Source: Schizochytrium sp. TIO01 (taxonomy: Eukaryota > Protista > Bigyra: Labyrinthulomycetes). Taken from it: a stretch of 64,000 nt of DNA. Of this stretch, positions 32,657 to 42,961 are shown piece by piece (positions within the stretch are counted from its first letter, which is position 1; every line of letters starts with the position of its first letter). The notes below the pieces were generated by a model, which worked only from the letters and a program-made list of their open reading frames with translations, made no database searches and was not told the DNA's origin. Position numbers and translations under genes: made by a program. The stretch spans positions 1,836,436-1,900,435 of the forward strand of contig SMSO01000031.1 in the NCBI GenBank assembly GCA_004764695.1, given 5' to 3'.

Positions 32657-33844
32657 ATGGGAAATGGCTACGCAAAGCCCAACATCTATTTAGCAAACGG
32701 CAAAATACCTTGCTGGCAGACGCTAGGCAGGGATAAGGAGCAAAACTTCACAAACTTCAACACAGCGCTGATTAAAAGCGACTGTGAGATGCCACACAAC
32801 CTTGACAACACATCCGGCAAAACAGGTGCTATAAACAATGGTGGATCGGCCCTCGATCTCTTTGGGAGTGTCGCAAAGCGTGTTCCGGACAACCTTCTGG
32901 ACAACCTCAATGTGCAGCGTCTCAGTGCCCCTGCATCTAGAGAAATGCGGGAAGCGTGTATCGCCCGGGATGCTGGCTTAGAAGACGTTGGAGCTGTCTG
33001 TCGTCTGTTTACACGATGTGTGATTAAGACCGTCGCACGGACGAAAACTCAACGTAAATTTCGTGCTTGTATTATTGGTGCTGGAGTGATGGCGCATAGA
33101 ATTGCCCGAATGATGCTTGAATCAGGTGATTTGCAGCCTAATGAACTGATGATGTACTCTCGACATTCACAACTGCGTGACTTGCCCGAGCAAGTTTATT
33201 ATGCAAACTCCTTGGAAGATGCAATTGTTGAATGCGCGCCACGCATAATTTTTATTGCTTGCACATACGGCCAATTTGAACGCTTAGCAGTCTTGATGAA
33301 GCCTATGCTAAAACCAACACATGTGGTTTGTATTCTTGTTCTTGGCATTAGTGCATCCAAGGCAGCGCGCTTGTTGGGCATCGATAGTCCAGTGCGGATC
33401 ATTTCCTCCCGACATTATACCCCAAACGCACATGTAGGTTGCTCATGTACTGTAGCGAGAGGAAACGAAACAGCTGAGGAGAAGTGCGGTGAAAGGCAAG
33501 CTCATAATTGTGCAATATCTGAAGACGATGAGTTTGAAGATGATGGCATTGGAACGCAGGCATCAAGGGGGGGTGGAATGCGCAGGTGGTCTGCATTTGA
33601 TCATCACCAGAGTTTTGTACATCCACGGCACGCTCGACAGGAGCTTGCAGAGGCTATGTCAGCACTACGTGACGCCTGCATTCAGCAAGCAATTGCTCTT
33701 GGTCTAACTCCAGAGCGTGCTGTGGAGGCTTGTGACACTGTCCTTTCTGGTCCGGGTATGGCGCAGTCTACCCGTGCGTTACTCTTTGTTCAGGAACCGC
33801 GTTCGCGTGCAAAGCTTTTGCCCACCGCTAGTGCATACTTTTGA
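32657..33844 (+). CDS. NOXRED1-like / pyrroline-5-carboxylate reductase-like Rossmann protein
   Basis: ACIIGAGVMAHRIA..LMMYSR..IIFIAC Rossmann fold without a recognisable P5CR dimerisation domain. The true start may be ATG 32789. Confidence 0.6.
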   Translation: MGNGYAKPNIYLANGKIPCWQTLGRDKEQNFTNFNTALIKSDCEMPHNLDNTSGKTGAINNGGSALDLFGSVAKRVPDNLLDNLNVQRLSAPASREMREACIARDAGLEDVGAVCRLFTRCVIKTVARTKTQRKFRACIIGAGVMAHRIARMMLESGDLQPNELMMYSRHSQLRDLPEQVYYANSLEDAIVECAPRIIFIACTYGQFERLAVLMKPMLKPTHVVCILVLGISASKAARLLGIDSPVRIISSRHYTPNAHVGCSCTVARGNETAEEKCGERQAHNCAISEDDEFEDDGIGTQASRGGGMRRWSAFDHHQSFVHPRHARQELAEAMSALRDACIQQAIALGLTPERAVEACDTVLSGPGMAQSTRALLFVQEPRSRAKLLPTASAYF

Positions 33845-34246
33845 AACTTAGGAAAAGTACTATTAGGAATGTAAGATATACTAGATACTCATGAATGATC
33901 CTTTGTAGCAGCTGAAACACCTGCTTCTCAGAATCAGTTTATTGTCATTTACCCATTCTGGAATTTGCTACATAGAAATGTTTGAGAAAGAGCTCAAACA
34001 TATTTACGATCACAGAGCTGCTCTGACAGGTGTATACAAAGCTGTGGGCGTGAGCGTTGGTGCATCTATGCAGCTGATCATTGTAGCCTTTCTTCGATAT
34101 GTTTTGTGATAGTGTATGAACGGCAAACAAGGGATCTTGAAAAGAATAAGGTGAGGTCTTGTGTCCATTATCAGGTTTAACATTGGCTTGTATAAATTTA
34201 TGAAGAAGGGGGACGTACTTGTGAGATAGCAAACAAACAACAGAAC

Positions 34247-35306
34247 TTAGTGAGTTGCTGCGGGGGCGCTGTCTAGCTTAAACACCTTGAAGACAATTTT
34301 CTGGATTTGTTCATAAGTGAGGAACTGGAAGGCAGCAGTAAGCACGGTCTGCCAGAGTTTAGCCTCCATGCCCTTGAACCATCCCATGACACCGTGGGTC
34401 TTGGCGATTTTTTGCAGCACATCGACCGTGCTGGTGTAGTTACGCTCTTGCGGATTAGTGTTGCCACGATCAGCACGAAGGCGGCTCTGAGCAATTTGCA
34501 GCGGGTAGGTCACAATCGTGGCCACTGCCTTGGCAATAGCACCAATGATGAAAAACTGCACAGCAGTGATGGCCTTACCGCGCTTTTCTAGTACAGTGCG
34601 CAGGCGCTCGTAGACACTGAATTGGATGCTCGGGTTCGAGACCAAAATCAGCGAAGGGCCCATACCTTTCCAGAGTGCACCCACGCCCTCCTCCTTCGCA
34701 ATGCGGTACAGGCAGTCAGCAACACCCGTGTACGGCTTACGATCATCATTGGCTCCGCTCTTGCCAGATTGCACGGTGAGGCGAGTACCAGCGACCCAAA
34801 GCGGTGTGGTCGCCAAAACGTTAATGATACCTGCAGCGCTGGCAATCACAAGATTTGTGATGGGGTCAATGGCTGCCTTGGGGTTCTCCGCAATCAGCTT
34901 CTTGTATATGCTCTTGAAAGCGTTGTATGTGTAAAAGTACACAAAGTTCGAGGCTCCGAGGGAGACCACCTGTACATTTTCACATGGTCGGCATGACCAT
35001 TCTGTCAGTTATTACGATTCTCCCATGCTGCTAACATTCAATCACATGCGCATTTGCAGTTTAACTTACTGAGCTCCACCAGCCCTGGTACAGAGCCTGA
35101 ATGCCCTCCTCCTCAGCAATAACTTTGGCCACCTTGAATGGGCTCGCTGCCTTGAGGTGCTCGTCGATCTGGAGCTTCATACGGATAATGTTAAGGGGGT
35201 AGAATACAGTAATGGCACTCATACCACCCGCCATGCCACTCGTGGCATGCACGAGGTTCACATAGGTGAAAACCTCATTCTTGATGTCTGTTGCGAGGGC
35301 CGTCAT
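34247..35306 (-). CDS. SLC25A17: Peroxisomal carrier PMP34/SLC25A17-like, 2 exons: complement(join(34247..34969,35070..35306)), 319 aa
   Basis: Three carrier repeats (YPLNIIRMKLQ, TPLWVAGTRL, YPLQIAQSRL), plus SNFVYFYTY and LVSNPSIQF. 100-nt intron with GTAAGT donor and TACAG acceptor, phase 0. Confidence 0.9.
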
Positions 35307-36468
35307 TTCCCAGAGTCCTTTGTTCAATCAGCCTTCACAAGTCCAAAGTCCACGCACGTCAGTGATCCTCACTATATCCTGAGTTCATACATTGATTCAA
35401 TCATAAGACTCTTCCCACTGAGGCCAAGAGTGCTCCAAAGCCTCGGGCTCTGCAGCTTGCATCCACGAGCACTACCCCAGTCTTCGTCGCCAAACCTACC
35501 CCAAACCAAGAAGCCTTCCTCCTCGCAGCTCGAGAGACGAAGTATGCAGAGTTCTCGTCGTAGTTCGAGGTCTGGCGCAATCAGTTTGGAATCACATTCC
35601 TTCCTTCACTCAATCATTCATTCACTCATCTATTCATTCTTTCAATTTTTTGACAATTAATTTTACTCATTTATTCATTTCTTCCTTCCTTTTCATCTAT
35701 GCACTCTTATGCCATTCCTAGCGCCACATTCTTTCTTTGTAAGAAAGATAAACCTTTTTCAATAACCTTCACGTCATTGACTTACCTTAAAAATTGTTTA
35801 GTTTAGCACCAGCCCTAACAGCTCCTGTATACAAACAGTAATATTCGCACCCATACGTAAACCTCAAATTAAAAATTGTAATACGTATGCAAATTAGTAC
35901 AAGAAAAGGATACCAGGCGGGCGTTGTAATGCAGAAATCGGGTGACACCTGTGGATTCTGAAGACAGGACTAAGCTGAGGGTCCAGAACTGGTTCAAGGC
36001 TGTGCCAAGGGCTCAGAGTGAGAGGTCTTAGTCTTGATTTGTACGAAGCTAGCTGGGGGGGAGCGTACAGCTCGAAAGATGTCAATTCTGAAACTAGCCT
36101 GCCAGATCAGGCGGGTCCGCGGGAAGTACACAGGGACTTTTAGTTCTTCTGAGAGACTAGGGGGGTAATGGGCGATTCTTCGTAGTCAATGTGCCTGCCG
36201 CTATTCTTGGGCGTGGGAGAGGAGGAAATGATTGTGGATTTTTGGGATCGATTCTTCTTCTTTGGATGTATGTCTGCGGAGATGATAATGATGATAAATC
36301 GCGTGAGGAAGAGGATAACAGGAATGCACCCGCTGAGGGCGACGGAGACACAAGCAGGAGTTGGTTTGCCTTCTCTGCAGATCGATTCAAGAGGGTGAAC
36401 ATCCCTTTGGGGTTCTGCGCTGCAGAGACTGATCCGTGAGGAATCACACTAAACTCAGAGGATCGGCG

Positions 36469-38127
36469 ATGGAGCAACAAAGCTTGCTTGAACAAGATCG
36501 CGACGAAGTCTTCAAGCAGCAAGCTTTATCATTAAATCATGCGGATGGATATGCTGGCAACCATGAAGAGAGCCGACGAATGGTTATTCTCAGGTCAAGA
36601 GCTAACCCAGGCTCTGAAAGAGCTGCTCGACAAAAACAAGAAGAACGGAGTCGCCGAAGGCGGCGTGAGAATGCAAGCTTTTCACGTGCCAAGATTGGGG
36701 AAATGACTTTATTTGAAGCACTCACACTGCAGCCTCGAGAGAATAATGAATATAGGGATAGCAGTGAGGAGGAGGATGACGAATCAGTACCTATTCCATT
36801 GGTCGTGAAGAGTAAAGAAATTCGAGCTCTCGTCTCGGAAAAAAGATTGCGTGAATACCCGTACTTTCAAAGACTTCTCGATGGACCATGGACAGCCGAA
36901 GGCGATGCTGTTCTTGATTTTCCAAGCATACGTATGCTCGACGCATTCTGGCTCGTGCTATGTTGTGCAGTGAGCCCATTGGAGAACCCTGTTAAAAGTG
37001 TCCCGCTTGGGTTCCATAACTGCATCCAAGTTCATTCTGCCGCTTGCATGATTGGACACACTGCACTTATGGATCACACAGAAGAATTCATTATAGCAAA
37101 TCTTACTGAAAACGTTTTCTTTCGTGCTTTTCGCATGGCAGAGCACTTTCACCGGCAGGAATTGAAAAGAGGACTCTTCCGTTGGCTCTGCTATTCAGGG
37201 AGGCTGCATCGTAAAGCAAGCACCCAGGAAGACGGATCGGTACCTTCAATGTATATTAGTGCAGATGGTAACTATTTGATCTGTAATGGGCAAAATCTGG
37301 TCAGCACACAATTCTACGATATTCTGAAGTTAGAAATTGGTCGCAAAAGGCCTTATTTTATTCCTTGGCCAACAGCTCCTTCTTCACTTCAGTTCAAACT
37401 TGAATTCGATAAACATGGAGCATATGCTTGTCACCTCGAACGCAGACGTGTTTCAGGACCTATACATAATTCAACACATTTTATATTGAGGAGTGAGGCC
37501 TCTAATGAAATCATTATGGCAGCTTGCCACATCGAAGGCTCAAGCGAATTTACTTTTGCCTCCTCCTATCCGTCCTCCTTTGCTCGGACTGATCCTGATT
37601 TTCTCGGGTACATTGAGTGCAACTTTCTAGGGACAACATTCATTATATATGACCATGGTATAAAGGCTCAGGACCCCGCGGCACTGGCTTTTCCTGAATT
37701 AGTTCAAGGCGAGCACGGGGCTATCATATACCAGCCAAATGTTTTGGGACGTGTGCCAAATTCAATGACGGTTCTAGCACCAGATCGTCGTAGAGATCTC
37801 CCTCCAGGACCTAGCCTTGTAAAGAGATATGAATCAAGCTCCTTGGACGGGATCTTTCAACTGCATACAGTAAAACCCATCTGGAATGAGTCGACACAGA
37901 CCTGGAAAATGGACTTCGGAGGTCGTGTTGAAACTGCAAGTAAGAAAAACTTCAAATTGCAACGCGTCAATGGGCCTAACATTCAAGATCCTTCCAAGGA
38001 TTGGCTCATGCTTTTTGGAAAGGTTTCGAAACACCGTTTTAGCCTGGACTTTAAGTATCCTCTTACAGTGGTCCAAGCAATGAGTATTGCTATGACAACC
38101 TTTGCAGACAAGCTCCTGGTATGCTAA
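36469..38127 (+). CDS. BTB/BACK-like plus Tubby C-terminal domain protein
   Basis: Tubby motifs NFLGTTFIIYDHG, YQPNVLG, KPIWNE..WKMDFGGRVETASKKNFKL, FGKV..FSLDFKYPL and FADKL. Upstream LREYPYFQRLLDGPW..NCIQVHSAACMI..LMDHTEEFI resembles BTB-BACK. Start is uncertain. Confidence 0.85.
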   Translation: MEQQSLLEQDRDEVFKQQALSLNHADGYAGNHEESRRMVILRSRANPGSERAARQKQEERSRRRRRENASFSRAKIGEMTLFEALTLQPRENNEYRDSSEEEDDESVPIPLVVKSKEIRALVSEKRLREYPYFQRLLDGPWTAEGDAVLDFPSIRMLDAFWLVLCCAVSPLENPVKSVPLGFHNCIQVHSAACMIGHTALMDHTEEFIIANLTENVFFRAFRMAEHFHRQELKRGLFRWLCYSGRLHRKASTQEDGSVPSMYISADGNYLICNGQNLVSTQFYDILKLEIGRKRPYFIPWPTAPSSLQFKLEFDKHGAYACHLERRRVSGPIHNSTHFILRSEASNEIIMAACHIEGSSEFTFASSYPSSFARTDPDFLGYIECNFLGTTFIIYDHGIKAQDPAALAFPELVQGEHGAIIYQPNVLGRVPNSMTVLAPDRRRDLPPGPSLVKRYESSSLDGIFQLHTVKPIWNESTQTWKMDFGGRVETASKKNFKLQRVNGPNIQDPSKDWLMLFGKVSKHRFSLDFKYPLTVVQAMSIAMTTFADKLLVC

Positions 38128-38290
38128 ATCATAATCCTAAATGACTGTATCCCTGGCAGGTTGTCTGTTGTAAATTTTTTACTCGATGATTTTATTATAA
38201 CTTTATTGCTGTTCAATTCCAATTGTATGGTAAACTATTTTCTTCTGTCTTTAGAAATAAGCGCTACATATCCTGAGGTCTCTTCTTGGC

Positions 38291-39820
38291 CTACATGCGT
38301 GCGTGTCTTTTGATTGCAAGCTTTGTCATTTGTTGCTCCATTATGAGCGTAGCACCAGCAGGAATAACATAAGCTTTAACGTTCGAAGCTAAGGGCTCAA
38401 TGCGACGTCCTACTGAGCGAGAATCAAGGCTGTTACCACCAAAGATATGAGTGGTTTCTGATACGCAATATTCATAGATATAGCCCACCTCGGCCTTCAG
38501 GCCACAGATGATGTCTCCAAGGTTTTCATTAGCTTGCTCACGGGTCATCGTATTCACTTGATAAACAATGGATTCCATCCAAGCGTGCGTTTGTTCCACG
38601 CGGGTTGCCATGCGTGCAAGCTTAGCCTTGATCATATCATGCTCTGAAAGACGCTTGCCAAAGGTCTTGCGCTTCATGGCAAATTTAAAGCACTCCTCCA
38701 CACATATTCGTGAGAGGCGATTACAAAGGGTCGATAGATACAGACGCTCATGGTTCAAGTTATGCATGAGCTGACGAAAACCCTTGTTGAGGTTGTCCCT
38801 CCCACCGATAATGCATTCAGCGGGTACTCGAACATTGTCAAACTCAATGTATGAAGTTGAGGCGATTACAGCACGATCACCAAGACCAAGCTTACGCACA
38901 GAAATGCCCGGCAACGTCATGTCAACAAGGATTAGTGTAGTTCCAGCTTGAGCTGAGACACTCATGTCAGTTCTACAGGCAAGCACAATGAAATCAGCAT
39001 ACCCTGCATTTGTTATCCATTTCTTAACACCATCGATACGAAGTGTACGTCCGTTATCCTCAAAGACTGCACTAGTTTGAAGCGAGGCGACATCACTTCC
39101 AGCGTTCGGTTCAGACATCCCAAGAGCAATGAACTTACGCCCCATGAGTACATCGGGCGCGCACGTTCGGCGCTGCTCTTCAGTACCGTATGCCATGATT
39201 GCAGAAAGGGCAATCGCAGGGCCATTCGTAATTGCGGCCATGACATAGCCGTTCCCACAGCGTGTGAGTTCATCGTAAAGAATAAACTCATGAAACGCAT
39301 CAAATTCATCCACCTCTGGGACGGCTGCATCAAGATACGCTCGAGGAAATTTGTCTGCGCCCGTCATAAGCGCTAAAAAGCCTTGTCGGCCCATTTCCTC
39401 CGTAATCTTAGCAGGTGGCCGTTTCTCTAGCTCCCATTCTTCCATACTTGGAATGAGCATTTCATTTACAAATTTTCGCACGCGGGCACGAAAATCAATA
39501 TGGGTTTGCTTGTAGTACGGCGAGTTGAAGCGCAAGGTCCAGATCGGTTCACTGAATGGTACGACTCCTTGGGTAGCCGCGTACCCTTGCAGCTTGCCAA
39601 CACGAAGACGATCTCCGTACTTTCGGAGGACTCCATCATGATGGTACAGTTGGAATTGTTCCGTACCATCCTTACCTGCAAACTTTGCCAACAGTTGCTT
39701 GCCGCCAGGATGCATCGGGATGAATTTAGATACATCATACACGTCACCTTCTACAATCACCCATGCGTCGTCCTCGGTGCAATGTTTTGCCACCTCCTCT
39801 CGTGTGACCTCACGCAGCAT
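38291..39820 (-). CDS. Cytochrome b5-acyl-CoA dehydrogenase fusion (LCAD-type)
   Basis: EVAKHCTEDDAWVIV..VYDVSKF..HPGG (b5); MSEPNAGSD, GVKKWITN, LNHER, RKTFGKRL and HIFGG (ACAD). C-terminus is ARM. Confidence 0.93.
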   Translation of the reverse strand: MLREVTREEVAKHCTEDDAWVIVEGDVYDVSKFIPMHPGGKQLLAKFAGKDGTEQFQLYHHDGVLRKYGDRLRVGKLQGYAATQGVVPFSEPIWTLRFNSPYYKQTHIDFRARVRKFVNEMLIPSMEEWELEKRPPAKITEEMGRQGFLALMTGADKFPRAYLDAAVPEVDEFDAFHEFILYDELTRCGNGYVMAAITNGPAIALSAIMAYGTEEQRRTCAPDVLMGRKFIALGMSEPNAGSDVASLQTSAVFEDNGRTLRIDGVKKWITNAGYADFIVLACRTDMSVSAQAGTTLILVDMTLPGISVRKLGLGDRAVIASTSYIEFDNVRVPAECIIGGRDNLNKGFRQLMHNLNHERLYLSTLCNRLSRICVEECFKFAMKRKTFGKRLSEHDMIKAKLARMATRVEQTHAWMESIVYQVNTMTREQANENLGDIICGLKAEVGYIYEYCVSETTHIFGGNSLDSRSVGRRIEPLASNVKAYVIPAGATLIMEQQMTKLAIKRHARM

Positions 39821-40592
39821 CTTTGTTTTTGCAAAGGGCTACTACAACGAAGTGAACGCTTGGCTTGCCCTTAGGGTGTATCAATGTTGGAGTATCTGTG
39901 TAAACCCTTTCGGGGTTTGTACGAGAAGAATTGGATACAGACAGGCAGGTTTCAACTTTTATTGACGTTCTAGTGTTGCCAAGGTACGCTTTCCTTTGCT
40001 CACGGGGCGGACTTAGCACGAAGCTGTCTGGTGTCATTTAGACCGTCACGCACAATACCCCTCCTTTTTTCTTGACGTTGCCCACACCCAGCGGACTGAA
40101 ACTTTCCGCACCTGATTCCCAAAATGATCAGTCAATAGATTGCATAAAAAACTATCTATGACGCAACGTTATAACAATGCATAAAGCAACAGGAGGGTTG
40201 CAATAACTCGCATTCATGCCACCCAGTCAGCAGCAATCTAACTATCAAGATCTTTGGACGATATCGTCTTCAAGTTAGTGATTTCCTGACAAGTCCGTAA
40301 GTAAAAATAAACTTTTAAAATGTTAAAACAAAAATGATATGGAAAAGATAAGGTGTGTATTATGGCTTGGGTCGTACATGACCATCCATCATCGTGCACG
40401 ATAAAGCTTGAAACGGTTCTATGCTATAAATTCCTGCTGTGATAGTCTCCGTTCATAGAAAAATCGCCAACAATAAGCCAAAGGGAAGCCGTGGAGCACA
40501 TTCCAAGCGCAATTGTTCTGGCAACTGTGTAGATGCTAGCGCCGAGGACTTGTTCGTAGTTTTTACAACATATACTAGATATAGGAGGCAGC

Positions 40593-42410
40593 ATGGACAT
40601 TCTTCGTGAGGCAGCAGCACGCAAGGCGCAGAGCGCTAAGAAATACTCAGATGATATTCATGCCCGATGGAAAACACAAAGTAAACACAGCTCGAAGGAT
40701 TCGGCCCTTGGGTGCATATCCCGCAAGCCGAGCGTGAAAAAGCGCCGAAAGGACTTTTGGAGAAGCCAAATTGTCGCAGCGCAGCTTGTCAAAGCTACAG
40801 ATGTACCCTTCGAAGCTATTATGTGGCTCGCAGACCAAAAGTCTGACCGAGTAACTTCTCAGAACTTGAATCTTTCTCCCGAAGACATTTGCTCACCAGT
40901 ACAAAGAAAGCTTTTTGATGATGTAAACAAGCTATTGGAGAGTGAATCTGCAATGCAGGCCACGGAGCAGGTTCTCCGCACTGGTATTGCCCCGGCTTGT
41001 TGGTATGCATGGCTCGCTTTGGAAAAGTTTCGTACATCTTACTATTACGTGGAGGATGATGTTTGTTCTACAAATGATGGACGGGATGTGGAGGCCCGGA
41101 AGGAAGCAATGGTACTAGCGCAGCTCTTTTGCGATCAAGGCTCTCCTTTCTTTGTTCCTGTTGGAACCGAGATCAGGGAGACAATCCATAGAGTATTACA
41201 TTCTACCCCAGAACATGTTGACATTGGACGAAAACTGTTTCTCGGTATGCAGGGCAAAATTATGGTTGAGATGGAGCGCTTTCTCATGGAGGATTTTCTC
41301 AGCTGGCCAAGGCTACAACAAACAGCACAAGCAGAGGGCGCTGTGGTGCTCGGTCACATGTCGTTGGCAGAAATCCTCTCTTCACCTACAGCACAGAAGA
41401 CTTTTGCTTCATATCTCGCAGGGAAAGACCCCTTGTCCCATTCACTTTTAGTATGGTTGAGTGGTCAGTCGAGTAGCTCTCGAGCTGCAGCGCTTTCTGA
41501 AAGTCAAGTACTACGAACGGAATTAGCAAGGATTGCAAGCCAAGAACTGGTAAGCGCAGCTGCCAAGAATGAGCGCGAGAACAGCTTACGTGAATTAGAG
41601 AACCACATCTTCTTCTATCTTCGCGATCGCCACATGACAGACTTTATGTGGACAGAACAGTATCTGCAGTGCGTGAGTCAACTAACAGGTATTGCTTATC
41701 CTCTCCTTAGTGAAGCCAGTTTAAAATCGGGAGAAGCTATTTTAGAAGCAACAGCTACCGAGTGTAAGCAGGACGAACGATTTGAGGTCTCTGAGCAAGC
41801 TGTTTCCGAGAGTGCCTTGGACGGATCATCTGTTCTCTCTGCTCACAGCAAAGCAGGGCGGCCTAGTGTTGTCAGGCGTCTAACTGGTTCGATTCGGCGT
41901 AATGCTTCTAAGGGTGCCCGTAAGATTGGCCTTGCGCTCCCTCCTCAAACTCAGGAATTGCGTCTCAAGGTGAAAATATCTGCCACCCCCAGAGAATGGC
42001 GATACGCACAACGCTGTTGTTGTGAGACCACTCCAAGGAAAATGGAAGCCTGTGTCTCATCAAGTGTAGCTGTAACGGGGCCAACCCAATATGTTGTGCT
42101 TGGTCTTGAAGGTGTGATGCAACACCCACGGCTTCGTCTTGTGTTCAAAGCTTATCTTTGCGAAACTTTCAGGCCAACTGATCAGTATGCCATGGAGCTG
42201 TTGCGTGCCTTGAAGGCTTTACGCACATCCACATCTATGACGCCAGACGTAGTTGTTCAGCACACTCTTCCTATTCTAAAGCAATATGTAGATGATGACT
42301 TCCTCTTTACTGCCTCAACGGATGAGTTAAATCGAGTCTGTACGAATATCTTTGCTAGGAAATACATGCCTTTGATCTCTGCTTTAGCTCAAGTGCCTCA
42401 GGCGTTCTAA
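40593..42410 (+). CDS. Protein with divergent RGS-like domains
   Basis: AWLALEKFR..FCDQGSPFFVPV..IRETI..LFLGMQGKIMVEME..DFL fits an RGS fold; further RGS-like starts at SLAEILSSP..FASYL and LEGVMQHP..FKAYL. Confidence 0.6.
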   Translation: MDILREAAARKAQSAKKYSDDIHARWKTQSKHSSKDSALGCISRKPSVKKRRKDFWRSQIVAAQLVKATDVPFEAIMWLADQKSDRVTSQNLNLSPEDICSPVQRKLFDDVNKLLESESAMQATEQVLRTGIAPACWYAWLALEKFRTSYYYVEDDVCSTNDGRDVEARKEAMVLAQLFCDQGSPFFVPVGTEIRETIHRVLHSTPEHVDIGRKLFLGMQGKIMVEMERFLMEDFLSWPRLQQTAQAEGAVVLGHMSLAEILSSPTAQKTFASYLAGKDPLSHSLLVWLSGQSSSSRAAALSESQVLRTELARIASQELVSAAAKNERENSLRELENHIFFYLRDRHMTDFMWTEQYLQCVSQLTGIAYPLLSEASLKSGEAILEATATECKQDERFEVSEQAVSESALDGSSVLSAHSKAGRPSVVRRLTGSIRRNASKGARKIGLALPPQTQELRLKVKISATPREWRYAQRCCCETTPRKMEACVSSSVAVTGPTQYVVLGLEGVMQHPRLRLVFKAYLCETFRPTDQYAMELLRALKALRTSTSMTPDVVVQHTLPILKQYVDDDFLFTASTDELNRVCTNIFARKYMPLISALAQVPQAF

Positions 42411-42961
42411 TACAACTTTTCTTTCTTTTTGAAATGAAAACCAATGAAAATTGGTTCTTTGCAATATATTGTTCAATCTATATTGTATCAATACCAGATC
42501 ATCGATTAACAAATCCTTTTGTACTCTCCTCGATCTAGATTTAGATTTAATTTAAAACCAATTTAAGCAACACAACATTTTGTACCACTTCTTTTGGTGG
42601 GCAAGTACTTCTTGTTCTTCAGTTAAGGCACGTAATACATCCAGCATACTCGATTGATTTATCTTTATTTTGCCTTGAAAGCTGATCGGCAAAATCTGCA
42701 ATTTCCCATATAAATTATATACTTGCTAGCGTGCGGTACGCGGCATGAAAACTTATTTACAAGCTCTCTAAGTTCAACAATACAATTAAATGAAATGGTT
42801 TCGTTGCGAAAATAGGATTGAATGAAGATTTAATTTTATAAATTCAAATTTCCAAAAACAAAGGGGTCGCTTTTGGAAAAGCTAAGTAGTCATCTTAAAT
42901 GATTGTTCAGATACAGCAAAAATTGAGAAAGCATGACAACGACAGGTATGAACGTAGAAAA

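Noticed and set aside
36191-36439. Acidic ORF ending in TGA just upstream of the Tubby gene, as a read-through or extra exon
   Set aside because: It is in a different frame from the Tubby ORF, another stop follows within a few codons, and I could not find a convincing intron; left unresolved.
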